64,000 bases of DNA, from positions 32,550,001 through 32,614,000 of the forward strand of contig NW_025963802.1 in the NCBI RefSeq assembly GCF_023055435.1, given 5' to 3'. The notes beneath the pieces were generated by a model that saw only the letters and a list, made by a program, of their open reading frames with translations, ran no database searches and was not told where the DNA came from. This DNA is from Haliotis rufescens (Eukaryota). The position numbers and the translations under genes were made by a program. This document shows, piece after piece, positions 1 through 11,432 of the stretch (positions within the stretch are counted from its first letter, which is position 1; each line of letters begins with the position of its first letter).

Positions 1-575
1 TGTTACCATGTGTCATAAAATGCTTCAATAATGAGTGCTACCATGCATCATAAAAATACTTCACTCATGATTGTTAGCAATCATCATGAAATACTTCAAT
101 CAAGATTGTTACATGTGTCAAAAAATGCTTCAATCATGATTGTTACCATGTGTCATAAATACTTCTATCATGATTGTGACCATGTGTTATAAATACTTCA
201 ATCATGATTGTTACCATCTGTCAAAAAATGCTTCAATCATGATTGTTACCATGTCATAAAATGCTTCAATCATGATTGTTACCATCTCATAAAATGCTTC
301 AATCATGATTGTTGCCATGTGTCATAAATACTTCAATCATGATTGTTACCATGTGTCATAAAATGCTTCAATCTTGATTGTTACCGTGTCATAAATGCTT
401 CAATCATAATTGTTACATGTATTTTTAAATGCTTCAATCATGATTGCTTCCATGTGTCATATGATGCTTTAACATGTTTAATCCAAGTTCTCATGTGTCA
501 TAAAATGCTTCAATCATGATTGTTCCCAAGTATCAACAAATGTTTCAGCCATGATTGTTTCCAAGTACCATAACA
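1..575. repeat. ~35-bp minisatellite (AAATGCTTCAATCATGATTGTTACCATGTGTCATA)n, runs off the window start
   Basis: Recurring unit containing the palindrome CAATCATGATTG. Confidence 0.95.
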
Positions 576-639
576 TGTTCATGTAATATATATGTTGTCT
601 CATAATATTAGCATCTATCACAACTTAATATATGAACAT

Positions 640-3600
640 TGAAGGTGTACATAATATGACTTTTCAGATCTTTTTGCAACACTGAGTTTTGGGTGTTGCT
701 CGAGAGGGAGTATGGTTCTTTTTGTATAAAAGACAGCTTTGAGATAAGTGAATCATGACCTCAACCTCATTTTAATATTTCAGGATTTTTTGACAAATTT
801 ACCTTTTTTATCGTTTGATGTTGATTGACTTGTAAAGATTTGTTGTCAAGGAAAAAGAGCCCTTGATGTCCTAACAGCTGGACATGACTTTGAACAAGGA
901 ACAGTTGGGAGTATGGGTTAAGGTCTTTGTCGTTATCAGAATAATCAAATTTGATTTGTTTCATATTTGATTTGAAATGAAAATCATGTTTGGCGAAGTG
1001 GGCTTAATGAATGTTTCTGGATTTCTTTGAAGGGTTCTTGTGAGAAATTATGGACAGTGATAAATGACTTCATTTGGCCATTTTTACTAGATGTCTTGTT
1101 TCTCAACACTGTTTGAAAATGTGGGTGGATTTTAATAAAGAGCATGATATAAAAAAAATAATTGTAGAAATATTTTGGCAATACAATTCAAGCTATGATT
1201 ATATGAAATTTTAGAAATTTAGAATTTGACATGTTTTCAACCATTTTGGAAATTTAAATACTCAGAACAGCACTACATTGGAGAAACTATTCTTGTTCTA
1301 ACAGATCACATCAAAACATTGTATTATTAACTCAGCCTTTATGAAAAATAATACATACGAAGGCGCTGTTGTTCACCTGGTAAATTCTGATGGAGCATGG
1401 AAAGTTATATATTCTAAAATCTTATATTGAGAAACAAGACATTTTTAATGTGGCCTTTCTCTAGTTTTTGAGAAGCACTTCAGAAAGAATTGAAATTATC
1501 ATTTACTTTTTGTAATTGGAGATATGTAATGTATGTTTTTGTGAGGGTCTGACTAATTGATATTTTGAGTGGGAGGGTTAGCTGGGATTTAAGAAAATAA
1601 TAATCTGATTCCAAAAATAGTGGAAAAGAATAAAATTTGTTATTACCCAAATTGAATATGTTCCCTTCACATGTAGGATATTTTGAAATATGTGACCCAC
1701 CATGAGATAAGGGACCTTTAGGTGAAAAATAACTTTTTGACTTCTTACTATATTTTAAAACTAGTTTCTTTGGACCACAAAAATACAATTCATAAGCTTC
1801 AATTCATATTTATTACAGAGATTCATGGTATCAAACATTTGGACTCATTTTTGCAAAGTCCCATTTTCAGACATATAACTGTTTATGTAATGATTGCAGT
1901 TTTTAGATATAATGTCTGATTAATTGAAAGTAGACATATTTGCTGAAATGTTTCGAAATAATGTTAGTACATTACAACCAAACAAGAGGAAGATCAATAT
2001 TTTTGTCCAGTCCACACACATGGCGATATTTACTGAAGTAAGTTGATGTCAAACATCTTTCTTTATCACGTCACAGCACAATTGTGTCCTTGCTCACATA
2101 AGGTCTCTTTTCTCCTGGTGCATCACATATGATATGATGTGGATCCCAAAATTCTTTGACTCCCCTTTTCAGAGTAAAAATTGTATGTTTTTGAAGCACT
2201 TTCTGAAAAAACTATGTCTCAAATGAAAGTCCCACGCTCCCAACACCTAAATATTGAATGGTCAGCTCCAATACAACTGAGTTTCATTTCTCCAGCTGAT
2301 GACTAATCTTTTTCAGCAGGTTTCATTAGCCCTTGTTCAAATATTTACAAAGAAAATGATGTACCTTTGGAATGCACAAAAATGAAGGCAGCCATGTTTT
2401 TGAAAAGTACTTTTTCTTGAAATGTGCATGTTTTAAGGTGAAAGGGAGTTCAAGGTTTGTGGAACGAACCTAGTTTGATGGAAATATTGTTGTATTTACT
2501 ATAACGAAATCGATTTCTTTTGTACATAGCAACTTAGGGGGTTGTATGAAATTGTCATATTTGCGAAAAAAGATAAACCTTTGAAATACCTCTGTTGATA
2601 ATTATCAGCTTGCAACAATGTGCTGATTTATTTAGCACATTTGAAACAATTTGTGTTATCAGGGGATGATGTTAGAACAATTGAGAATTTTCAAAATTCA
2701 TAAAATTTCTCACCCTTGTCATATTATACTACTTAAAAGAAGACAATGACCAACCGATTCTTACATATTATTACAGTTAATCTGTCATGTAACTAACATC
2801 TACTCTCGGAAATGAACATATTTTACAGAAAAAACTGTTGTTAAATTATAGTTATAAAATATAATAAAAAGGAGCCCAGAGACTGATACTGCAGTAATCT
2901 AGACCTGCCAAACATTATAGACTTGCATGGGCTGCATGACAGACTGTCTGTCATGCTATGGTGACTGTAGCTGTCATTGACTTCTTTTGAGTATGATACA
3001 TATAGACCTTACACAAAGCCGTTTTCAACCTTGCTTTAAAAGATTTATCAATCTTTGTCAATGACTTCTATTTAAAACATGCCCCCTAATACTTCCTTGT
3101 CTTGTTATTGTGAGCTCATGATTGCTATTTTTATATGAAATTCATATCATAAGTGTATGTCAACACAATGTCTGTAGTGGTAGTTTCACGCCTATGTCTA
3201 ACCTGAACGTCTTTCAGTAGTTTCACGACAGTGCAGTTGGTAACAGAGTTTAGTTGTGGGCAATCGTTTCCACAGTATTTCTCTCCATGTTTCATGATGT
3301 TGAACATCAGAGCTATTGCATGGTCCCGTAACAAACAGCTTAAGAAGTACTATCAAAAGTAATTTTCTTTTTTTATGAAAATTTAGATCCAATAAGTTAA
3401 TATGATCCCTAATAATATGTTCCCAAGGAACTAGAAGTCCATTTTCATCGATGGACTAAAATCTTCCCTCCAGAAAAGATGGTTCTTTGTGATAACTAGG
3501 ACTGATTTGATATCACCGACCAAAATCACACCCCAAACAATATCAGTGCAAATTGTAAGTGTTTTGAACAACCTCCTCAGAACAATTTTGCATGAACCAA

Positions 3601-3990
3601 AATCAGCTTCTGTGCAGGTGCTGGTTGCATTTGGTGTTGATTTGAACCCATTTTAGTCATGTCACATTGCCAGATACTTATATGTTGGGTAATGGGATTA
3701 GTTAGGACAAATCTTGGTTCATAGGCTGTTTAGTATTGATAGCTGTTCCTGAATTCATCTCTTCAGAATTTCTGTGGAAATGGTTGTCCTTTACATCAAG
3801 GTTCCATAAAAGGTATAGGCGTAGATGTTGGCATTTAAAATGCTGCTGGCTTCCTTGCTTAAATTTGGTGCGAAATTTAGTTGAATAGAATGTGTTGCTA
3901 GTGGAGTTGTTGTTGAATAAATTGCTTGACAGGATTGGTCATTGTTTTCACTGAGATGATCTATGGCTTCATTGACTATTGATATTTGCA
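640..3990 (-). pseudogene. Decayed gB-like (class III fusion) envelope glycoprotein gene of viral or retroelement origin
   Basis: Manual minus-strand translation gives ARTQLCCDVIKKDV*HQLTSVNIAMCVDW (2093-2007), resembling the gB central helix. It is followed by C-x35-C-EGNIFNLGNNKFYSF (ORF 1480-1788) and a hydrophobic stretch near 1130-1200. Upstream are RHRR and Cys/N-glycosylation-rich fragments. Many stops and frameshifts; boundaries approximate. Confidence 0.5.
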
Positions 3991-4184
3991 TTTGTTTGTT
4001 TGTCGTTTACACCGCACTCAGCAATATTCCAGCTATATGATGGAGGTCTGTAAATAATCAAGTATGGACAGACAATCCAGTGATTGATATGATGAGCATC
4101 GATCCATACAATTGAGATACGATGACAAGCATAGTTGCCTAAGGCAAGCATGAGTTGCTGAAGACCTATTCTACCCTGGATCTT
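3991..4184 (-). mobile_element. SINE family D (structured non-tRNA head, (AAAC)n tail), internally deleted copy
   Basis: Homologous to 53751-53991. Confidence 0.85.
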
Positions 4185-4578
4185 TGATATTCGCAATATA
4201 CTCTCTAAGCTACCATACCATTGTTACAATTCCAGGGATTGTTATACAAGGCAATACCAAACAATAAATACACATATAATACATTACAGTACAATACATT
4301 AAATACAATTATTATCTACGAGGGCAAACATATTGGGGTTCATTAAAATCATATGTGCCCTAGGGTCATATCACTTCATGAAACAACAGTGTATTGTTTC
4401 CGTAATCCGGACGGCATTGTTGACGTCATGTGAATCTTATTGTGACGTGAGGTTGGAATGACGTCACACTAGAAACAAGGTCATAGCTGAAGATTGTTGA
4501 CGTCATTCAACAAATTGTGGTTCCGCTGCTGTTGCGACTTTCTGTCCTTAAAGGTAAACACTAAAATTTGTCTCTGAC

Positions 4579-4706
4579 ATAGAATATTATATTTGTGTTT
4601 ATGTCATTCTATGGTTACGACACTCATGCCTAAATTTCAGTATTAAGACACTCGTGTGTGTCGTAAACAAAGTATGACATGAACACTAATATAAGATCCT
4701 CTATAT
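4579..4706. mobile_element. Imperfect long palindrome ending in CCTCTATATA; end of a non-autonomous DNA element
   Basis: Arms AGAATATTATATTTGTGTTTATGTCAT and ATGACATGAACACTAATATAAGATCCT; same architecture as 17010-17159. Confidence 0.5.
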
Positions 4707-4733
4707 ATGATACAATAGAAGAAAAAACTAATA

Positions 4734-4908
4734 CAGTAAACTACGGTTATAACGAACTCAAAGGTACTACTAAATTTAGTTCGATTTAACCGTAGTTTGT
4801 TATAAGTACATATACAGCATGACTACAGCATGTAGTCGAGACCAAAAAGTAAGTTTGTTATATCCGTCAGTTCGCTATAAGCGTGTTCGTTATAACCGTA
4901 GTTTACTG
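4734..4908. mobile_element. Tc1/mariner (pogo/Tigger-like) MITE, 175 bp
   Basis: TIR CAGTAAACTACGGTTATAACGAAC, TA target duplication on both sides, 4 copies in the window. Confidence 0.92.
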
Positions 4909-5204
4909 TACATTAGAATGCAAACAATAGAAATAAACTACAATGTAATATACAATAGAACATATACTATTGGAAATGAATAAGGGAACAATATAGAGAA
5001 ATAAGCTTTACTGTCAGTACATTTGAAATAGCGAGCATACAAATTCAACACATGTCATAATCAAATGTTGAGATGAGCTGTGTGCATTGTTTCCAATGTG
5101 TATATGGTAGACAAGGCAGGAAACCCATGATATCGTATCCTTTCACTGTGTCTAAAACTATTTGTTCCCTTATTCACTTCCATCAGTATATGTTACAACA
5201 TAAC

Positions 5205-5915
5205 ACCACATGACAAATACATTACTATACAAATACAATGCAATGTAGTACCACAATACTATACAATAAAATGCCAAAACAATGTGGTACAATACAATAC
5301 AATTAGATACAACACAATACTGGTACAATGCAGTACAAGATAATAGAAAGCAATACTACACAACAATACTGAACAATAATACCAGTACAATAAAATGTAC
5401 AACACAACACTAATACAATGTGGTTCAACAATACAATGTAATGCAACAATACTGATACAATGCAGTACAAGATAATACAAGGAAGTACAGAGTACAGTAC
5501 AGAACGATACTAATACAATAAAATGTAATACAACACTAATATAATGTGGTACAACAACACAATACAGCTTATAATACAACACACTACTGATCGATACAAT
5601 GAAGTACAAGATAAAACAAAGCAATACTACACTACAATACCAAACAATAAAACTAATACAATAAAATTTAGTACAACATAACACTAATATAATGTGGTAC
5701 AACAATCCATTACAACATAATACAACACACTACTGATACAATGCAGTACAAGATAATACAAAATAATACAATGCAGAACAATAATACAAAAAAATGCTAA
5801 AAAGAATGTACAACAGAATGTTCATACAATACTTGTGCAATACAATAACAACAAACAACACAACACAGTCGTAATACAACACCAATGCAATGCAACACTC
5901 AAACAACACTATAAT
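5205..5915. repeat. Degenerate (CAATA/CAACA)n pentanucleotide-derived repeat
   Basis: Low-complexity periodic sequence; ORF 5259-5705 is an artefact of it. Confidence 0.9.
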
Positions 5916-6618
5916 AATTTTAACCTGAACGTTTTAAATCGGAAACAATATTGCTCATTTGAATATCACACATGCCTGCTGAATTATATATATAAGACTC
6001 TAACGTAAAAAACAGAAAGGGGTGAACTAAACAAATGATCAGTGGTGTGTGACTGACGATTCGCTCTATCAAGGTACGAGGATACAAAGACCCGCGTTCG
6101 TGCGGCGAATAAAGTGTATACCCTTTTGTGTGTGTCTGTGTCTGCTGTGTGCGCGTGCGCGTGTGCGCGCGCATATAAAGTAGCCATTTCAAACGTGGTA
6201 AACATGGCAATAAATTAAAACACAATTTGTAAAGATATGTATGTAGACTGGCATTACTGACCCAGTTAATTATGCTCAACGGAGGTACTTAAGGTGTGTT
6301 GTCTAGAATAATAAGGAAAATTAGGTCATTAATCATTTTCTTGACACAGGTAACCATTATATTTTCATTTTCCAGATTAAATTCCTCGATTGATCAAACA
6401 TGCTTCTTCTAAATTGACTCTAACTACTTGTTTTTGAGGACACTATAATGAAAGTCTTTGGGCTTGCTTATCGTTAAATGTAATTAAAAACAATTATCGG
6501 ACAGGAATATCTCTAAGAGGAGTTCGTGGGATGATGGGTGTGTGTCTTACTTCTCTCTCACACAGGTAATGCGGAGTTGAGTCTCCTGCTCATTGCAAGA
6601 GCGACTACATCGGGATTA

Positions 6619-6869
6619 GACCGTCTCCGTGCTCTTTTGGTAGAGCGTTCGCTCGGAGAGGGGAAGGTCCGGGGTTCGATCCCCGGCTGCGTCATACCAA
6701 AATACTTTAAAAGATGGTACTTGTTGTTACCCTGCCTGGCGCTCGGCATTAAGGGGCTAAAACAAGGACTGGTCGGCTTGGAGTCAGTATACTGTGTCTA
6801 CGTGGGGTATTCATGTTGAACTGCGGCATGGTATCTCAATGAGCTAGCACCATAAATCGGCATTAGTCC
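6619..6869 (+). mobile_element. tRNA-head SINE family C (V-domain-like), 3' truncated
   Basis: B-box GGTTCGATCCC; body GACTGGTCGGCT.GGAGTCAG shared with four other copies. Confidence 0.85.
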
Positions 6870-6895
6870 TTTTTCAGACACCTGAAATATGAACT

Positions 6896-7127
6896 TGTTT
6901 GTTTGTTGTTTAACGCCGCACTCAGCAATATTCTGGACTAGAAAATCCAGTGATTAGCATCATGAGCATCGATCCACGCATTTGGGATACGATGACATGC
7001 ATCAACAAAGTCAGCGAGCCTGACCGCCTGATCCCGTTAGTCGCCTTTTACAACAAGCATTGTCGCCTTTTACGGCATGCATGGACGCCTCCTTCGACAA
7101 GCATGGGTTGCTGTTTAGCTTCTAACA
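6896..7127 (-). mobile_element. SINE family D copy
   Basis: Homologous to 53751-53991; the 22-bp head module is present three times. Confidence 0.85.
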
Positions 7128-8407
7128 GATCGCGAAAAAATAATGTCCTTTGTGTACTGTTATTAATAATTTAGTAGCTTACGGGGGAGCACATCATGAA
7201 AATAATATGTATCCCCCACTCTGTGTTCTTACTCACTTTTACCAGCCCTAAACATGAATAGCGGTTGCTATATAAACATACTGACATTTGTTTAGAATAA
7301 TTTGTACTTTATCTTGGGCTATGAAGAGTGCATGTTACGCCTTCCCTAACAGCAACACAGAACAATTAATGGGATGTCGTAAACATGTTGATATAAGATC
7401 AAGCCTGTCACAGCACAAATGTCTGCCATAATCGATGCCCATAAAACCCTGGGGATTTTCATCAATCAATATTTAATCAAATATTGATTTTTACACTATT
7501 GTTTTCATATTTTCTTCACTGACAGAAGACGCAAGCTCAATAAACACAACTACCAACTCCATACGTTACGTGGAACCTCGTTTATCCAGACAATACAGAT
7601 CTAGAGTTGGTGATAGTAACGAGTTACAACACTATCACGGAAATGGACAGTTATAAATTCTTGCCACAGGTAACGACGATTTGTTGTACACGTTTTATCA
7701 CTTCGAAACACAGAAACCGTTTTCAGTCGTCAAGGCGCCGAAACAAAACGTGCCACAATTTCACTTAATGGCCTGTTTGATAAACGCCTTCAGCACTCCG
7801 ATAACGTTCATTAATCAGCGTCAGACGGGAAGGTAGTGATGACGACGATGGAGGCCGTATTGGGTCATTGACTGTTTATCGCAGTGCTAACAAGGCTAAA
7901 TAAGTTTCTCCTTAATCTATTCCTGCACCCATAGGAGGACACACCGATAAAACGCCGAGTTTGATCAAATGAGTAAATGGTCTTATTTCAGGTAGTGCTT
8001 CTTGCAGTCAAAGACCTATGCGCCTTCTCTTTCTGCTGAAGCGTTTCGTCTACTTCATCTGCTGGAGTGTGTCAGTCCAGTAATTACCAGTTATTGCATT
8101 GTGGATCTTGGGATGAAGGAAAGACGTCGATAGGCTCGCCTTGGATGAAGATCTGTAGACTGTGTTCTAGAACCACGGACATTCTGACTGATTCTAAGGT
8201 AAGATGCGTTAACATTTCGCCGCGCATAGGTGCCGTTTAGGAAGATGTGGACATTATCCCAATTTACATTAGTATGATAATCTATGCCGTAACGGTATCT
8301 GGATACTCTGACAGAACCTTATTAATCCACACTGCGGCTTCAAATGTCTTATGGTAATTAGTTGGTCTGGAATCTCTTCGTCCTCGTTAATCGTCCGTGT
8401 CATAGTA

Positions 8408-8762
8408 CAGCGTCCGTGGTGTAGTGGAAAGAGCGTCTGTCCGGAGAAGTGAAGGTCGGGGGTTCGATTCCCTGACAGCGTCATACCAAAAGACGATGGT
8501 AATTTTCGTTACCCTGTCTGGCGCTTGGCATTAAGGTGCTAAAACAAGGACCGGTCGGCTCGGAGTCAGTCAACTGTGTCTGAGTGGGGTATTCACGTTA
8601 AACCTCGGAGTGCATATGAGTATATAATCTCTAAACCCGTCATTAATCCGGACTAGTACAAGCAGCCACACACATAAACACACGCGCACCACACTAACAC
8701 GTCACTATTTAAGTGCAATATTCTTGAAGGCGACGTTAAACTCCGTTGCACCTCACATCACC
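8408..8762 (+). mobile_element. SINE family C (V-domain-like), full length
   Basis: A-box and B-box, shared body, (CACCT)n tail. Confidence 0.88.
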
Positions 8763-8774
8763 TGTTTTATGGTA

Positions 8775-8949
8775 CAGTAAACTACGGTTATAACGAACTC
8801 AAAGGGACTACTAATTTTAGTTCGTTATAACCGTAGTTCGTTATAAGTACATATACAGCATGACTACAGCAAGTAGTCGGGACCAAAAAGTAAGTTCGTT
8901 ATATCCGTCAGTTCGTTATAAGCGTGTTCGTTATAACCGTAGTGTACTG
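8775..8949. mobile_element. Tc1/mariner-type MITE, 175 bp
   Basis: Same TIRs and TA TSD as 4734-4908. Confidence 0.92.
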
Positions 8950-9149
8950 TATTATACTAAAAATGTAAGTTACTGTTTCACTGAAATGTACTGGCCATAA
9001 AAACACAAACAATTAGCACGTCAGATGTACATGGCCATCCTGCTAAATCAATTCATGTCTAATGTCCAGCGAAAGATTGTTCTATAGGTTATGACGAACA
9101 TCGCAAACGTGTCATGTAGGTTCTTGTGATCACTGGGCACCTGGGGCGC

Positions 9150-9820
9150 TGGGGTAGACGAGTGGTAAAAGGGTTCGCTCGTCACACCGAAGACCCAGAT
9201 TCCTTTCTCCACGTGGGTACGACGTGTGAGGCATATTGCTGGGCCCCGCCGTGATATTGACAATCTCATTAAAATCAGATCTTAGTTCTCGCTATAGCTG
9301 AACAAAGATCTTAGGACATCCCATTAAGGGTCACGTCAGAACGACCTTTCATCCAACCAATCAGAGCGTCGCTTACCAGATCATGAAAGTGACAGTCGGA
9401 ATTTGTTTTCTAATCATGCAACCACGAAATATTAAACATGGGGTATTCCGAACGACAGTTACGGGTTTTATGATTATATCCATACAATCTAGGCCATCTG
9501 TAAACCATTCCAGAATGTTCTTCTTATCAGTTTTAATTTTTTTAATCGAGAATACGTCAAAATATGTTTCGAAGCGTTGTCGCCAGTTTGTAACTAGTGT
9601 CGTTAAAGTTCGAGAAAGCTGCCTTCTGATTGGCTAATGTCGATTTCTTGTCAGTCATTTCATTGGTCGGTCAAAATTCGCGAAAGGTCGTTCTGACGTG
9701 ACCCGCAATTGGATGTCCTCAGATCTTGTTTAGCGGTAGCGAGAACTAAGTTTTGATTTTAATGAGATTGTGATATTGATGGAAAGTTGTTAACAGCAGC
9801 GCAAAACTGTACTCACTCGC
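9150..9820 (+). mobile_element. Short tRNA SINE family B, split by the insertion at 9261-9770
   Basis: Head at 9150-9260; tail resumes at 9771. Confidence 0.75.
9261..9770 (-). mobile_element. Non-autonomous long-TIR DNA transposon, AcademH-like, with RecQ N-terminal remnant
   Basis: ~90-bp TIRs (CAATCTCATTAAAATC / ATTTTAATGAGATTG); perfect 9-bp TSD TGATATTGA at 9252-9260 and 9771-9779; minus strand reads FSIKKIKTDKKNILEWFTDGLDCM. Confidence 0.75.
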
Positions 9821-9965
9821 TGTTACACGAAATATTGATTCGACCGCGATCACGAAGTTTCGATGTTTATGAAACAAATTAAGCCATTTGAAGGAAACCC
9901 TTTATGACACATAAACGAGACTAGGAGATTTCTTCTTTGATAGGCATTTAGAAGTTGGAGTACTA

Positions 9966-10139
9966 AGTAAGGATGCGATTTTTTGATGAACAACGTCTTT
10001 ATAACATTTAAGAGCGACGTTTCGGTGTAGCTTCTAACACCGTCACTTGCTTTATAACTGTGTTAGAACCTACACCGAAACGTCGTTCTTAATTGTAATA
10101 ATTTAAAGAAGTTTTTCATCCATAAATCTTATCTTTACT
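9966..10139. mobile_element. Inverted-repeat element, probably an inverted pair of Penelope pseudo-LTRs with hammerhead 3' halves
   Basis: ~75-bp arms; each reads outward as GTGT-loop-ACAC-C-GAAAC-GTC. Confidence 0.55.
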
Positions 10140-10184
10140 GAGGCTAGATGTCCATTGTAAGAACAGACAACAGCGCTGTCCTCG

Positions 10185-11432
10185 AGAATGGTTGTATGAC
10201 GTCTGTACAACCAACGTTGTTAGACTGCACTCAATTCTTCGTGTGTATTAGCATTAAGCTGGTGTTTAACATCATGGGGTTAGAATGGTTGTATGACGTC
10301 TGTACAACCAACGTTGTTAGACTGCACTCAATTCTTCGTGTGTATTAGCATTAAGCTGGTGTTTAACATCATGGGGTTAGAATGGTTGTATGACGTCTGT
10401 ACAACCAACGTTGTTAGACTGCACGCTAATTCTTCGTGTGTATTAGCATTCAGCTGGTGTTAACATCATGGGGTTAGAATGGTTGTATGACGTCTGTACA
10501 ACCAACGTTGTTAGACTGCACGCTAATTCTTCGTGTGTATTAGCATTCAGCTGGTGTTAACATCATGGGGTTAGAATGGTTGTATGACGTCTGTACAACC
10601 AACGTTGTTAGACTGCACGCTAATTCTTCGTGTGTATTAGCATTCAGCTGGTGTTAACATCATGGGGTTAGAATGGTTGTATGACGTCTGTACAACCAAC
10701 GTTGTTAGACTGCACGCTAATTCTTCGTGTGTATTAGCATTCAGCTGGTGTTAACATCATGGGGTTAGAATGGTTGTATGACGTCTGTACAACCAACGTT
10801 GTTAGACTGCACGCTAATTCTTCGTGTGTATTAGCATTCAGCTGGTGTTAACATCATGGGGTTAGAATGGTTGTATGACGTCTGTACAACCAACGTTGTT
10901 AGACTGCACTCAATTCTTCGTGTGTATTAGCATTAAGCTGGTGTTTAACATCATGGGGTTAGAATGGTTGTATGACGTCTGTACAACCAACGTTGTTAGA
11001 CTGCACGCTAATTCTTCGTGTGTATTAGCATTCAGCTGGTGTTAACATCATGGGGTTAGAATGGTTGTATGACGTCTGTACAACCAACGTTGTTAGACTG
11101 CACGCTAATTCTTCGTGTGTATTAGCATTCAGCTGTTGTTAACATCATGGGGTTAGAATGGTTGTATGACGGCTGTACAACCAACGTTGTTAGACTGCAC
11201 GCTAATTCTTCGTGTGTATTAGCATTCAGCTGGTGTTAACATCATGGGGTTAGAATGGTTGTATGACGTCTGTACAACCAACGTTGTTAGACTGCACGCT
11301 AATTCTTCGTGTGTATTAGCATTCAGCTGGTGTTAACATCATGGGGTTAGAATGGTTGTATGACGGCTGTACAACCAAGGCCATTAGACTGCACGTCAAT
11401 GCTTCGTGTGTAGTAGCTGGTGTGGAACATCA
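10185..11432. repeat. 97-bp tandem repeat, ~13 near-identical copies
   Basis: Period confirmed at 10187, 10284, 10381, 10478; internal hairpin GGTTGTA-N9-TACAACC. Confidence 0.97.

Noticed and set aside
1590-2460. Plus-strand fragments resembling negative-strand RNA virus RdRp motifs (T*GLFSPGAS, SPADD)
   Set aside because: Motifs lie in different frames with poor spacing; strand composition and cysteine spacing favour the minus-strand glycoprotein reading
8030-8066. Minus-strand CAGATGA-AGTAGAC-GAAACGC, hammerhead-like
   Set aside because: Core mismatch, no real stem II, no PLE coding context
10185-11432. CRISPR-like appearance of the 97-bp array
   Set aside because: No unique spacers, no cas genes, eukaryotic context
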